52,632 nucleotides of DNA, from NCBI GenBank assembly GCA_015065205.1, contig SVQS01000001.1:1-52632 (forward strand). The letters are read 5' to 3'. Below, in pieces: positions 44,034 to 52,632 of this stretch (positions are counted from its first letter, which is position 1; each line of letters opens with the position of its first letter). This DNA comes from Oscillospiraceae bacterium. Lineage in GTDB: Bacteria; Bacillota; Clostridia; Oscillospirales; CAG-272. The notes beneath the pieces are model-generated. The model had not been told where the DNA came from and made no database searches. It saw only the letters and a list, made by a program, of their open reading frames with translations. The position numbers and the translations under genes are program-made.

Positions 44034-45018
44034 AGCTATCACGAATCCTTTCGCGAATAGTTGCAACAGCAATTCCCGCCTCTTTGCCCGAGAGCAGGAT
44101 GCGCAAATTCTTGACCTCGTACTCATGAGCCGCAAGGAACGCGACCATTACCTCAAGTCCATCGGGAACAAATTTGTTCTCTAAAATCAGCGACATCCAG
44201 TAGTTGTCGGCAAGCTTTTCGGCGGTGCTCAAAGCTCCGTCGCTCTTGGCGAAATTCTCGGCAAATCGAGAATAGTCCGAGTAACGCAAAAGTTCCAAGA
44301 GAGCATCCTCGCCGTTTGCCATGCAGTCGGTCATACGCTCGCGCACAAGTTTGCCTCCCTCAAGAAAAGCCTCCGCAAAGAGAACCTTGCCAACTTCCCC
44401 ACTCTTCATACGAAGAATACGAAGAGCAATCATTGTGTTGAGGAGATCGATTCGCGTTTCGACAAGACGAATGACAAATTCCTCACCGGATGCCTTTGCC
44501 GCCGCGAGCATATCGCTCCAGCAGGCCTTGTCCAAAATCAGGTCGATGACTTGCGGATTTTTGGTCTTGGCGTATTCGTCCATTGCGGTCTGTGCGGACG
44601 CCTGCAGATTTGCGGGAAGTCCCTCGTAGCTGCCCGTCTCTACCATTTTGACGATATCGGTTGCGGGAAGCGTGCCAAAATCAAAGAGCATAGAGGTAGG
44701 GTCGATGTTGCGTACAAAGGCCTTTTGTGCTGCTTTGAGGTTGTTGCAATCGTATGGATAGAGCCACAAACGAAGCGCATCCGAATCGGGAGCAAGCTCT
44801 GTCAAGCGGTCATAAGCGCCCTTGAGGACACCCAAAAGAGTTTCTTCTCTCATCGGGTTGCCATCGCTGTTGCGGACAATATCAATGCCCCAATCTGCGA
44901 GAAGTGCCCAAGCCTCGTTAGTGGTTTTGGTGTTCAGCAGTCTCTCGATGCGCTCACGCCCGATGATTGCGTTTTCCAGCGTGCGTATATTGGCACTGCC
45001 AAATAAATAGTCAGCCAT
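44026..45018 (-). CDS. ntpC: V-type ATPase subunit C (eukaryotic d-type)
   Basis: The position, size and helical repeat pattern fit subunit C (ANIRTLENAIIG..., NLRILLSGK). ATG 45018 is preferred (AAGGAG upstream), with 45048 as the alternative. Confidence 0.85.
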   Translation of the reverse strand: MADYLFGSANIRTLENAIIGRERIERLLNTKTTNEAWALLADWGIDIVRNSDGNPMREETLLGVLKGAYDRLTELAPDSDALRLWLYPYDCNNLKAAQKAFVRNIDPTSMLFDFGTLPATDIVKMVETGSYEGLPANLQASAQTAMDEYAKTKNPQVIDLILDKACWSDMLAAAKASGEEFVIRLVETRIDLLNTMIALRILRMKSGEVGKVLFAEAFLEGGKLVRERMTDCMANGEDALLELLRYSDYSRFAENFAKSDGALSTAEKLADNYWMSLILENKFVPDGLEVMVAFLAAHEYEVKNLRILLSGKEAGIAVATIRERIRDSYV

Positions 45019-45037
45019 TACTCCGCACTCCTTTGCT

Positions 45038-45718
45038 TTATCTTGCATCGAACAGCGTGCGAGCTACCTCGGACTCGAGGCTTTCGCGCAGCTGTGCGAA
45101 GAGAATGGAAAGCGAGCAGTTGGATTCAACGCTGCCACAGCGCAAAATGACACCACCGTCGATGTTTGCGGTACCGCTTGCAAGCGTCAGGCGAGCAAGT
45201 TTTTCTGCCGACACCTTTCCTGCGAGGTGCTTTTGCACACCCTCGACTACGGTCTTTCCCGAGCGGTCGCGGTCGCGTTGATTCAAAATAACCTCGTAGG
45301 ATTCGGGGGCCAGAGCCTCTTCCTCACCGTAGAGGTTACGGCTGGTCTCCTCGGATTCAAGCTGTTCGAGAAGTGCCGCGGAGAGAAGTCCTATGAGAAT
45401 TTCGTTGTATTTTTGAAGATCCAAATTGCGCGTTTGCTCCAAAACACCTGCAAAAACGCCATCAATGAGGTCGCTCTTGGTTTGCAGGAGCAAATTGCGC
45501 TTGGATGTTGCCGCCGTCGAGCGGATGCGCGCTACGTATTCCATTCCTCCCTTTTCGGCTTCGGTCGAGATTTCGGAACGGATTTTTTCTGCACGCTCGG
45601 CATATTCGGCGTTGATACGGTCGCACTCCGCTTGCGCGTCAGCCAAAATCTTATCGGCTTTTGCTTGCGCCTCGGAGAGGATCTTATCGGTAATTTTATT
45701 CAGTCCGTTAATTGCCAT
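45038..45718 (-). CDS. ntpE: V-type ATPase subunit E
   Basis: The N-terminal coiled coil is KITDKILSEAQAKADKILADAQAE. Operon position fits, and an AAAGGAG RBS is present. Confidence 0.88.
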   Translation of the reverse strand: MAINGLNKITDKILSEAQAKADKILADAQAECDRINAEYAERAEKIRSEISTEAEKGGMEYVARIRSTAATSKRNLLLQTKSDLIDGVFAGVLEQTRNLDLQKYNEILIGLLSAALLEQLESEETSRNLYGEEEALAPESYEVILNQRDRDRSGKTVVEGVQKHLAGKVSAEKLARLTLASGTANIDGGVILRCGSVESNCSLSILFAQLRESLESEVARTLFDAR

Positions 45719-45760
45719 TGCGGGCTAACTCCTTTTTTTGCGTATCAAATAGGGATGGAA

Positions 45761-46237
45761 TTAGAGAACGAGCAGGATGGAGATGAGCAGTGCAAGAATT
45801 GCATAAAGCTCAACGAAGGATGCGGAAATAACTGCCTTACCAACAGCTTCGGGCTTCTTTGCAAGAACGGAAACGCCTGCAGCAGCCACTTCGCCCTGCT
45901 TGAGTGCGGAATACCAACCGCCAAATGCGATGGGGAGAGAAGCAAACACATAGTAGAAGCCTTCAGCAACAGTGAGGTTAGCAGTCCCGCCCATAATGCC
46001 GCTGAACACGATGATCAAAAATGCTACAACCATTCCGTAGATACCCTGCGTCATAGGAAGTGCTTGGAGAAGCATAGATTTACCGTATTTTTGGGGTTCT
46101 TCGCAAATCAGCCCTGCGGTGGCTCTTGCAACCATATTAACTGCCTTTGCAGAACCGAAGCCCGGAAGAACGACTGCGAGTGCAGCACCCAAAATAGCCA
46201 GGTTATTACCTGTAAAAAGACCCTTAATGAATTCCAT
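45761..46237 (-). CDS. ntpK: V-type ATPase proteolipid subunit K (double-hairpin c subunit)
   Basis: Four helices with GFGSAKA, LPMTQGIYGMVVAFL, ALKQGEVAAAG and FVELYAILALL. As I recall the sequence, this closely parallels Enterococcus hirae NtpK. Confidence 0.92.
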   Translation of the reverse strand: MEFIKGLFTGNNLAILGAALAVVLPGFGSAKAVNMVARATAGLICEEPQKYGKSMLLQALPMTQGIYGMVVAFLIIVFSGIMGGTANLTVAEGFYYVFASLPIAFGGWYSALKQGEVAAAGVSVLAKKPEAVGKAVISASFVELYAILALLISILLVL

Positions 46238-46265
46238 TGTTTTAATCTCCTTTTTTTGTTTTTAT

Positions 46266-48308
46266 TTATTGATTTACATTGGGTACGAATGAAGTGTCTT
46301 CCGAATATTCCTCTGCCGGAAGTGCAGGTTTGAATGCCTCGCCGCCATCCTCGTAGAATTTACCGAAGAACTCGATATATTGCAAACGCGCCGCGTGCAC
46401 GAATGTGCCGAGCAGATTGATAGCGAGGTTGAGCCCGTGACCGAGTATCATTATGATGAGCATAAAGATAAATCCGATAGAACCGGACGAGCCCATACTT
46501 GTGAGCATATTGATAACCTGTGCAATAACGCTTGCCACAAGTCCGAGAGCCAGAATACGGGAATATGAGAGCAGGTCGGATGCAAAGCTGATAAGCGAAT
46601 ACAAGCCTCCCAAGCCCTTAATAAGCCAAGCAAAGAAGGTTCTCTGCCCCACTCCCTTAAGGAACAGGATCATTGCAATACCTGCTACCATTACCCACAG
46701 ACCAATACTCGAAAGACTTTCGAGCAACGCTTGTGTTTGGGGAGCGAGAGGCTCGGTTGAAATCATACCTGCCGCCGCAAGAGGCGCCATCATATCCACA
46801 CCTGCGAACATTACCCAATAAGGTACGTTTTCGCAAAGTGCTACGAGGCGCTTACCGCTCTTCCACGTCAGCACCATATTGACCGCCATGCCGGCAATAA
46901 GGTGTATCTCGCCCATTCCAAGTGCTACAAATAGGAACGGAATGGAAGCACTGACAGGATTGAAAAATATGCCATTGTTAAAGAAATGTCCGATTGGCGT
47001 ATTTTGAGCTTGTCCCTCAAACTGTGGGAAGAAGTTATTCATAATGGCAACCGGCAAGTCACCAAACCATCCGCCAAACAAAACGCCCATGATGATACAG
47101 GATATTCCGCAGTAGCCGAACATCAGCATCATACGCTTTAGCCCTTCTTTGGGATTGAGCAGTTTGACACCGCCAAAGCAAGCCAACACTAAAAGCAGTC
47201 CGTATCCCACGTCGGCAAACATTAAGCCGAAAATGAGGAAATAGAAGATACTCATAATGAGCGTGGGATCGAACCCGCCGTATTTGGGATAGGAATACAT
47301 CTCGATGACCCATTCAAAGGTAGACGAGAAGGGATTGTTGCGAAGCAATACGGGAACCTCGTCGCCCTCTTCGGGCTCGGAGATCTCACACGCACATTCA
47401 AATGCGGAGAGTCCTTCAAGGACCTTCCCCTCTGCTGCTTCGGGGAGCCACCCCGCCAACACGATACAGTTTTGCGTGTGATAAAGCTTTTGCTTTTGCA
47501 AACAAATGTTGAGATTGGTGCCTTCAACGTCGTAAAGGACCTCGATATCGTCCAAGGAATCGGCAAGGTCCATCAAAACCTCAACAAGGCTCGACTGCTC
47601 ATCCGCAAGTGCTGCTTGGCGTCTTTCCAAATCGTCATAAGCCGCTTGTGCTGTGGTAGAGATATCGGAAAATCCTACCTTGAGGAAATCACACTTGGCA
47701 AGTGCCGCCGTAACGGCTTCCTCGTCCTCCAAGTGATACGTGACGGTAAAGTATTGCGTTTTGCCGTCATCGGAAACGTCTTCGACGTATGCGCCTGCCG
47801 CCTCCAGAATTTCGTAGTTGTATAATTTGACCGAGCAGCTTCCCAGCTGCATAGCCGTGTGCGCCGAACTCACCTCATTTAAGGGAGCATCGTAGTTCAA
47901 CCATGGGAAAAGGGATTGCATCACCGCTTCGTTGCGCGTTTGCTCGGCTGTGATCTCGTCCATACGAGCCTTCACCTCGAGCGCACGCTCAACTGCAAGC
48001 CAGGCACGCTCTGCCCTGCCGTCGGCAACGAATGCCGCTCGATCAAGGCGCTGCACGCGGCGGCCAATGCCGCCACGGCGTGTGCTATATTTGGCCAACC
48101 GAGGCAATGCCGCCTCAATGTGTGCCATGCGTTCCCTAATCTCTGTTTGTTTTCCATCGCTTTCGATGCGTTCAAGTGCAAGCTCTCCTGCTTCTGGCAT
48201 GGAGCGTTGTATTTGAACGCATTTGAGGTGGAGCATCCTGCGTACAATGGCATCTGCGTCGCTCGCGTGTGCTAAGACGGTCAGTTTTTTCATTGTACTT
48301 ATCGACAT
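46266..48308 (-). CDS. ntpI: V-type ATPase subunit I (a subunit)
   Basis: 680 aa with a soluble N-terminal half and a polytopic C-terminal half containing SYSRILALGLVASVIA (essential Arg context). Confidence 0.92.
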   Translation of the reverse strand: MSISTMKKLTVLAHASDADAIVRRMLHLKCVQIQRSMPEAGELALERIESDGKQTEIRERMAHIEAALPRLAKYSTRRGGIGRRVQRLDRAAFVADGRAERAWLAVERALEVKARMDEITAEQTRNEAVMQSLFPWLNYDAPLNEVSSAHTAMQLGSCSVKLYNYEILEAAGAYVEDVSDDGKTQYFTVTYHLEDEEAVTAALAKCDFLKVGFSDISTTAQAAYDDLERRQAALADEQSSLVEVLMDLADSLDDIEVLYDVEGTNLNICLQKQKLYHTQNCIVLAGWLPEAAEGKVLEGLSAFECACEISEPEEGDEVPVLLRNNPFSSTFEWVIEMYSYPKYGGFDPTLIMSIFYFLIFGLMFADVGYGLLLVLACFGGVKLLNPKEGLKRMMLMFGYCGISCIIMGVLFGGWFGDLPVAIMNNFFPQFEGQAQNTPIGHFFNNGIFFNPVSASIPFLFVALGMGEIHLIAGMAVNMVLTWKSGKRLVALCENVPYWVMFAGVDMMAPLAAAGMISTEPLAPQTQALLESLSSIGLWVMVAGIAMILFLKGVGQRTFFAWLIKGLGGLYSLISFASDLLSYSRILALGLVASVIAQVINMLTSMGSSGSIGFIFMLIIMILGHGLNLAINLLGTFVHAARLQYIEFFGKFYEDGGEAFKPALPAEEYSEDTSFVPNVNQ

Positions 48309-48619
48309 TTAGATGCTAACCCCCTGATAACGATTTTTTCGGCGCTTCTCTTGCGCAAGGATGCTTGACGAACGATTTCCGCCGCTTCCTCTTTCGCTTC
48401 CGTATCAAGTCGCTCGCGCAGACTTTCGGCACGCTCACGCAGCTGCACGATGACCTCTTTAGCCGCGGCAACCGTTTCTGCCTCTGTGCTCTCGCACAGA
48501 GCAACACCGTTTGCCTTGGCATCAGCAACCATTTTTGCGGCTCTTTCTTGCGCTTCGCGCAAAATGCGCTCGGCTTCTTGTTCGGTTTGTTTTACCATTC
48601 TGATTGATTCTCTTGACAT
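48299..48619 (-). CDS. V-type ATPase peripheral-stalk subunit (G/H type coiled coil)
   Basis: Charged helical protein of about 106 aa (VKQTEQEAERILREAQERAAKMVADAK), first gene of the operon. GGAGG lies 5 nt upstream of ATG 48619. Confidence 0.75.
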   Translation of the reverse strand: MSRESIRMVKQTEQEAERILREAQERAAKMVADAKANGVALCESTEAETVAAAKEVIVQLRERAESLRERLDTEAKEEAAEIVRQASLRKRSAEKIVIRGLASKCR

Positions 48620-48706
48620 TAAAACCTCCGTGCGGTTTCCCGTCATTTTTATTCCGACAAAAAGATCGGAGAGTTGGTATTTTTTGACAAAATAACCTTA
48701 TCAAAT

Positions 48707-48735
48707 ATTATACCACAAACCCTCTCCGATTGCAA
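48707..48735 (-). promoter_or_regulatory. Sigma70 promoter of the V-ATPase operon
   Basis: The minus strand reads TTGCAA, a 17-nt spacer, then TGgTATAAT. Confidence 0.65.
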
Positions 48736-48788
48736 GCACTTTTTGTCGTTTTGTATAAATTAATTATTTAACGATAATATTTGTAATA

Positions 48789-49355
48789 TTATTGCACTTC
48801 ATTCGTGCTTTCATTTTTGAGAAATGGACTTTTGCTTTGTGCGAGCGGTGTTTCGAGGGTGGGGTTTTTGTAAAAAATCAATTCTTCACCTTCGGGATAA
48901 ACACCATCGGGTACAAAAGGCAGCTCTCGCAGCTTAATGCCGCACCCAAACAGCTCCAATATTTGCGGGATGGGTAAAATACTCTCTTCATCCAAATTCC
49001 AAATGTGGGAGAGACGGTGATAGCTGTTTGGTGTGTCTTGCCTCTGTCCCAACAAGTAGGATTCGCAAAGAATGGCAATATGATGCTCGCTCTGCCATGG
49101 AATACGCATCAAAAAACGATATTTTTGTGCTCTCCAAAGAGCCCTGTCGTGTAAATCCTCCAAAGACAAAAAATCGCTTCTCACGCGCTCTCCGTGAACC
49201 TCAGTTGCCCAAGACATACATTTTTCGGACAAAAGACGGTAGTAATTGCCGATAACATCCTTTCCCTCGGGCAGAACAAGCTCTGCCTCGGCACGCAAGA
49301 GCACCTGATACCCCTCGCGCACGCAGGCTCCGCGTTTTTCGGTGGTTGTATTCAA
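48789..49355 (-). CDS. Hypothetical cytoplasmic protein (188 aa), TTG start
   Basis: An AAGGAGG RBS lies 8 nt before TTG 49355. I recognise no motif and see no signal peptide. Confidence 0.6.
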   Translation of the reverse strand: MNTTTEKRGACVREGYQVLLRAEAELVLPEGKDVIGNYYRLLSEKCMSWATEVHGERVRSDFLSLEDLHDRALWRAQKYRFLMRIPWQSEHHIAILCESYLLGQRQDTPNSYHRLSHIWNLDEESILPIPQILELFGCGIKLRELPFVPDGVYPEGEELIFYKNPTLETPLAQSKSPFLKNESTNEVQ

Positions 49356-49420
49356 TGTAATCGCCTCCTTTTTACCTTTTTATGAGTAAGAAAAGGAAAA
49401 TATGAAGGGACAACCAAAAC

Positions 49421-49451
49421 AAAAAAGCTCTCCAACGTGCGGAGAGCTTTT
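49421..49451. terminator. Bidirectional terminator
   Basis: aaaaaa gctctcc aacgtgc ggagagc tttt. Confidence 0.8.
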
Positions 49452-49458
49452 CCTTTAT

Positions 49459-49947
49459 TTATTCGGCATAGCCGTATTGAATATCGGTTACAACGCCATC
49501 TTTGAGGGAAAATTGCAGATACATTCCAACGGCTTCATAGGTGATGCCGGTATCGGATGATTGATCGGGCGTTCCGTATGCCGCAGTAACAGCATCCTTT
49601 GCAGCACCGATGCGAATCCCCTTCTCTGTTGCTACGGTATCATCGTAAAGACGGATCATATTGACAAGATCTTTCCCTTCCATTGGATAGGTGTATATTT
49701 CAAAGCCGGGGTAGATATAGATCTTATCAAGACCCTCAAACGCACAGGAAGGAGACTCGGCATAATCAAGCCACTGACCGAGAGCCGCCACAATGGGGGC
49801 AACATCGGCATGAACGGCGATTTTGGTTGTGCCACTGGTAAAAGTATAGGTCTTACCTTCCTCACCGGTGGGATTGCTATTCTCTTTGCAAGTAGCAAAG
49901 GAAAGAACCATTGCTACAAGCAAAAGATATATTAGACATTTTTTCAT
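49459..49947 (-). CDS. Small lipoprotein of unknown function
   Basis: MKKCLIYLLLVAMVLSFATC lipobox. The ATG overlaps the upstream TAA by 1 nt (TAATG). Confidence 0.75.
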   Translation of the reverse strand: MKKCLIYLLLVAMVLSFATCKENSNPTGEEGKTYTFTSGTTKIAVHADVAPIVAALGQWLDYAESPSCAFEGLDKIYIYPGFEIYTYPMEGKDLVNMIRLYDDTVATEKGIRIGAAKDAVTAAYGTPDQSSDTGITYEAVGMYLQFSLKDGVVTDIQYGYAE

Positions 49948-50969
49948 TATTGTTCTCCGTTTCTCTCTTTTTGATAGATTGCAAGTTTTTCTGCCCACAC
50001 GGCATCGAGTTCAGCGTCTCCGCGACGGTCGGAAAGATTGTACTTTTCGACAAGAATGTTGCCAAAGTAAGAGGTCAACTTTTCTGCTCCGTAAACATTG
50101 AGGTGCACTCCTGCATCGTATGTGTCTGTGTTCCAATCAAGACCGATCTCTTCGTCAAGGGGAATGAAATTGTAGTAATCAACACCTTTTTCGTCAGCCC
50201 AATCGACAATTTGTGCGTCCCATTCTTCGTACCAATAGTACTTCCACTCGTTGGTGGGAGCTTTGATAAGAATGAATGCAACCCCCTTCTCTTCACAAAG
50301 CACACGCATTTTTTCAAGGTATTCAAAGCCGATTTCGGGCAAGGTGTAGTCAATGAGAGGTCTGCCCGCTATGCTGTTCGTTTTGGGCTTTGTTGCCGTT
50401 TGCATCAAATATCCGTTATGGGAAACGGTATCACGGTGGAAAAGATATTGCCAATCTTCCCTACCAATCTCACTCCAACGGCTATGATAACGCAAAAGAG
50501 GAAAAACGTAGGAAAGAAAATCCTCTTCCTCGGTCATCGAGGCATTGATTGCTTCAACCTTGCTCTGTGACCACTTCATGCCGTCCAATGTCATGCGGTT
50601 GTATGCCTCGTTTTGCGGCTTACCGTATTTGATGGAAAGCACGTTAAAGACCACCGCCTTGGGCGTTTCGCGCTTGAGCGTTTCCTCCAAAAGATAGTAA
50701 GATTGCCAAATAAGCTGTTGCGCGCTACCGCGCACGTAAGATGTAATGCCGTACTCCTGCCACAGGGTGGGCGGGGTAAAGCATTCGTAAACCTCACAGT
50801 CGCCGATGAACACGACGTCGTGGTCGGGCTTCTCGCGGTAGTATTCCGCAATCAGTGCACCATCGCGTGAGGTTGTCATATATTTTGGCGTGACCAGCAT
50901 TTGCACAAAGCCAAGTGTGAGAACCGTGGCAAGCAGAATGCAGGTACATAAAATGAATGTTTTTTTCAT
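49947..50969 (-). CDS. Membrane-anchored SGNH/DltD-like protein (partner of the MBOAT O-acyltransferase)
   Basis: N-terminal TM helix. The block-I-like motif is VVFIGDCEV. The protein lies in an operon with an MBOAT gene. The family call is by resemblance only. Confidence 0.65.
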   Translation of the reverse strand: MKKTFILCTCILLATVLTLGFVQMLVTPKYMTTSRDGALIAEYYREKPDHDVVFIGDCEVYECFTPPTLWQEYGITSYVRGSAQQLIWQSYYLLEETLKRETPKAVVFNVLSIKYGKPQNEAYNRMTLDGMKWSQSKVEAINASMTEEEDFLSYVFPLLRYHSRWSEIGREDWQYLFHRDTVSHNGYLMQTATKPKTNSIAGRPLIDYTLPEIGFEYLEKMRVLCEEKGVAFILIKAPTNEWKYYWYEEWDAQIVDWADEKGVDYYNFIPLDEEIGLDWNTDTYDAGVHLNVYGAEKLTSYFGNILVEKYNLSDRRGDAELDAVWAEKLAIYQKERNGEQ

Positions 50970-50993
50970 AAATCTCCTTGGTATGTAAAAAGG

Positions 50994-51581
50994 TCAGGAA
51001 AAATAGAGGATCATAGCAACCACCGTGCTCAAGTATGCCGCAACGGAAATTGGAGCACCGATGCGCACCGTCCATTGATTGATCTTTTGCGTGGTTGGCT
51101 GTGAAATACGGCAGATGTATTTTTCATACAGTAAAACGCCGAGGAATGCACCAAGCGTATTCAAAACTACATCCTCAAAGGAGAACACGCCAAAGCTTGC
51201 AAAGAGTTGAATGCACTCCACCATACAGGAAAACACGCAAGCAAAGCCGACTGCTCTTTTCCTACCGTAGAAAAAGGATGCGTAAATGCCCCACGGCATG
51301 AACACAAGAATGTTCAAAACAGCAATGAGGAATCCGCGAATGAGACGCCAAGAATTGGTCTCGAAAAAGAATTCGAAAAAGGAAAATCCGTTCAAAAAGC
51401 GTTCACCAAGCGACATTGGTGAGCTGATGTTGATTTGGGAAATAAAGGAAAACTTGAATACGATCGCCCAAATCAAAAGCAAAACATAGATACCTGTGGC
51501 AAAAAGAAGTGTTTTTGTGCCTTCGTTTGGTCGCCTTTGCGGTGCAAAAATACGGCACAAAAAGGCTTTTATCGACTTCAC
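50994..51581 (-). CDS. VanZ-like membrane protein
   Basis: Four to five TM helices, with NILVFMPWGIY and E.IQLF....F...DVVLNTLGA typical of the VanZ family. Confidence 0.75.
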   Translation of the reverse strand: MKSIKAFLCRIFAPQRRPNEGTKTLLFATGIYVLLLIWAIVFKFSFISQINISSPMSLGERFLNGFSFFEFFFETNSWRLIRGFLIAVLNILVFMPWGIYASFFYGRKRAVGFACVFSCMVECIQLFASFGVFSFEDVVLNTLGAFLGVLLYEKYICRISQPTTQKINQWTVRIGAPISVAAYLSTVVAMILYFS

Positions 51582-51604
51582 AGACTTCCCTCCTCTATTT
51601 CAGT

Positions 51605-52632
51605 TTAGAATTGTTGATAGATGAATTGCGATGCGTCATAGCCGATGCCATAAGCACCGAATATGAGAATGACAACAATCAGCGCACAAACCGCGGCAAA
51701 CCAAGCCACGGGGTGTGGTGCTATGCGGTGATGGACGGGTGTATTGCGACCGAGACGATCAAAAACATTGATAACAGCGATGCCGCCAAGAATAACGCAC
51801 CATTCGGTTATGCCGAGACCAAATGAAAGCAGCCCCCACGAATCAAGTTTGCCTGTGAAAAGCTCACCCACGTTCCATTTGGTAAGCATACTCCCCCACA
51901 AACGGAATGTCTTGGGCACATCGCGGTAACAGTCAAGACTGCGGATCAGTCCCATCAAAAGGAAGGTGCGCGTCATTTGCCATACATTCCAAATACGTGT
52001 GTCAGCAAGTTTGGGAAAACGCTTGTGGAAGATGCGATAAAGGGGTTCGCATTCGCGAGAAACGAGAATGACAAAGCAGTTGAGAAGTCCCCAAACGATG
52101 AAGTTCCAGCCCGCACCATGCCAAAGACCCGTTAGAAACCACGTTGCAATGGTGGCTGTGTAAACAGGCAGGCGCATGCCAAAGCCTTTGCCAAACTTTT
52201 TAGTAGCACCAAGGGAGATCTTTTGCATCCCCTTGGAAACAGACAAGGGATAGAAGATGTAATCGGTGAACCACGTGCCCATGGTGATGTGCCAGCGATT
52301 CCAATACTCTTTTGTTGAGCGTGAGGAAAACGGACGGTTAAAGTTTTCGGCGAGACGGATGCCCATTGCCTCGGAAAGACCGATGGTGATATCGATGCCA
52401 CCCGTAAAGTCACCGTAAATCTGCGCGGAATAAAGCAAAATGAGCAAGAAAACGTAGATCCCGTCGAACTTATCCGACTGTTCAATCAGCGTTTTAATGC
52501 CGATCATTGCGGTGTCGGCTACAATCAGCTTTTTGAAATATCCCCACACCATGCGGAAGAGTCCTGCGCGGACGTTCTCGCAGTTGAATGGATGCTCACC
52601 AATGAGTTGCTCCTGCAAATCGCCAAAGCGGC
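51605..52632 (-). CDS. MBOAT-family membrane O-acyltransferase (AlgI/DltB/PatA-like); N-terminus lies outside the window
   Basis: Contains NFNRPFSSRSTKEYWNRWHITMGTWF and GLWHGAGWNF (conserved His). The frame stays open to the window edge (..RFGDLQEQLIGE..). Confidence 0.88.
   Translation of the reverse strand, partial: RFGDLQEQLIGEHPFNCENVRAGLFRMVWGYFKKLIVADTAMIGIKTLIEQSDKFDGIYVFLLILLYSAQIYGDFTGGIDITIGLSEAMGIRLAENFNRPFSSRSTKEYWNRWHITMGTWFTDYIFYPLSVSKGMQKISLGATKKFGKGFGMRLPVYTATIATWFLTGLWHGAGWNFIVWGLLNCFVILVSRECEPLYRIFHKRFPKLADTRIWNVWQMTRTFLLMGLIRSLDCYRDVPKTFRLWGSMLTKWNVGELFTGKLDSWGLLSFGLGITEWCVILGGIAVINVFDRLGRNTPVHHRIAPHPVAWFAAVCALIVVILIFGAYGIGYDASQFIYQQF

Noticed and set aside
40949-46333. 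Long plus-strand ORFs (343, 333 and 368 aa, and others) across the V-ATPase operon
   Set aside because: They are antisense to strongly recognisable V-ATPase subunits A, B, E and K. They are Cys/Gly/His-rich shadow frames without RBSs.

Overview
This 52.6-kb window looks like chromosome from a spore-forming Clostridia-type Firmicute. The taxon is inference only, based on SpoVB- and SpoIVFB-like genes, AddAB, and an Enterococcus-type V-ATPase operon.

Content from left to right:
- The 3' end of pheT.
- A frameshifted zinc-ribbon membrane-protein gene.
- A repeat-rich lipoprotein with a BNR/sialidase-like C-terminal domain.
- A RelP/RelQ-type small alarmone synthetase, translationally coupled to an intact paralog of the zinc-ribbon gene.
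- A DUF5662/HD-like gene flanked by two long structured or palindromic intergenic elements.
- An AT-rich four-gene operon (MerR, two unknown membrane proteins, small XRE) driven by a 19-bp-spacer MerR-type promoter.
- A flavodoxin-like gene.
- tRNA-Lys(UUU), followed by tRNA-fragment repeats.
- An htrA / response regulator / histidine kinase / methyltransferase / GT2 operon.
- A queG-like gene, addB and addA.
- An LRR lipoprotein.
- A tRNA(CAU) whose 3' end lies inside a 31-bp perfect inverted repeat.
- A 1167-aa surface protein with discoidin-like modules and a BNR propeller.
- Two fused ABC exporter genes.
- An alpha/beta hydrolase and an M50 protease.
- A 45-codon ORF below the ORF-track cutoff.
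- A SpoVB-like flippase and a DUF4097 lipoprotein.
- An AT-rich two-gene module of truncated MutS-like ATPases. This is my best candidate for an uncharacterised system.
- A nine-gene V-type ATPase operon.
- An MBOAT / VanZ / SGNH-like / lipoprotein operon that runs off the right edge.

I saw no CRISPR array, rRNA, transposase or integrase. All product calls rest on motif recognition by eye, and no database search was possible.
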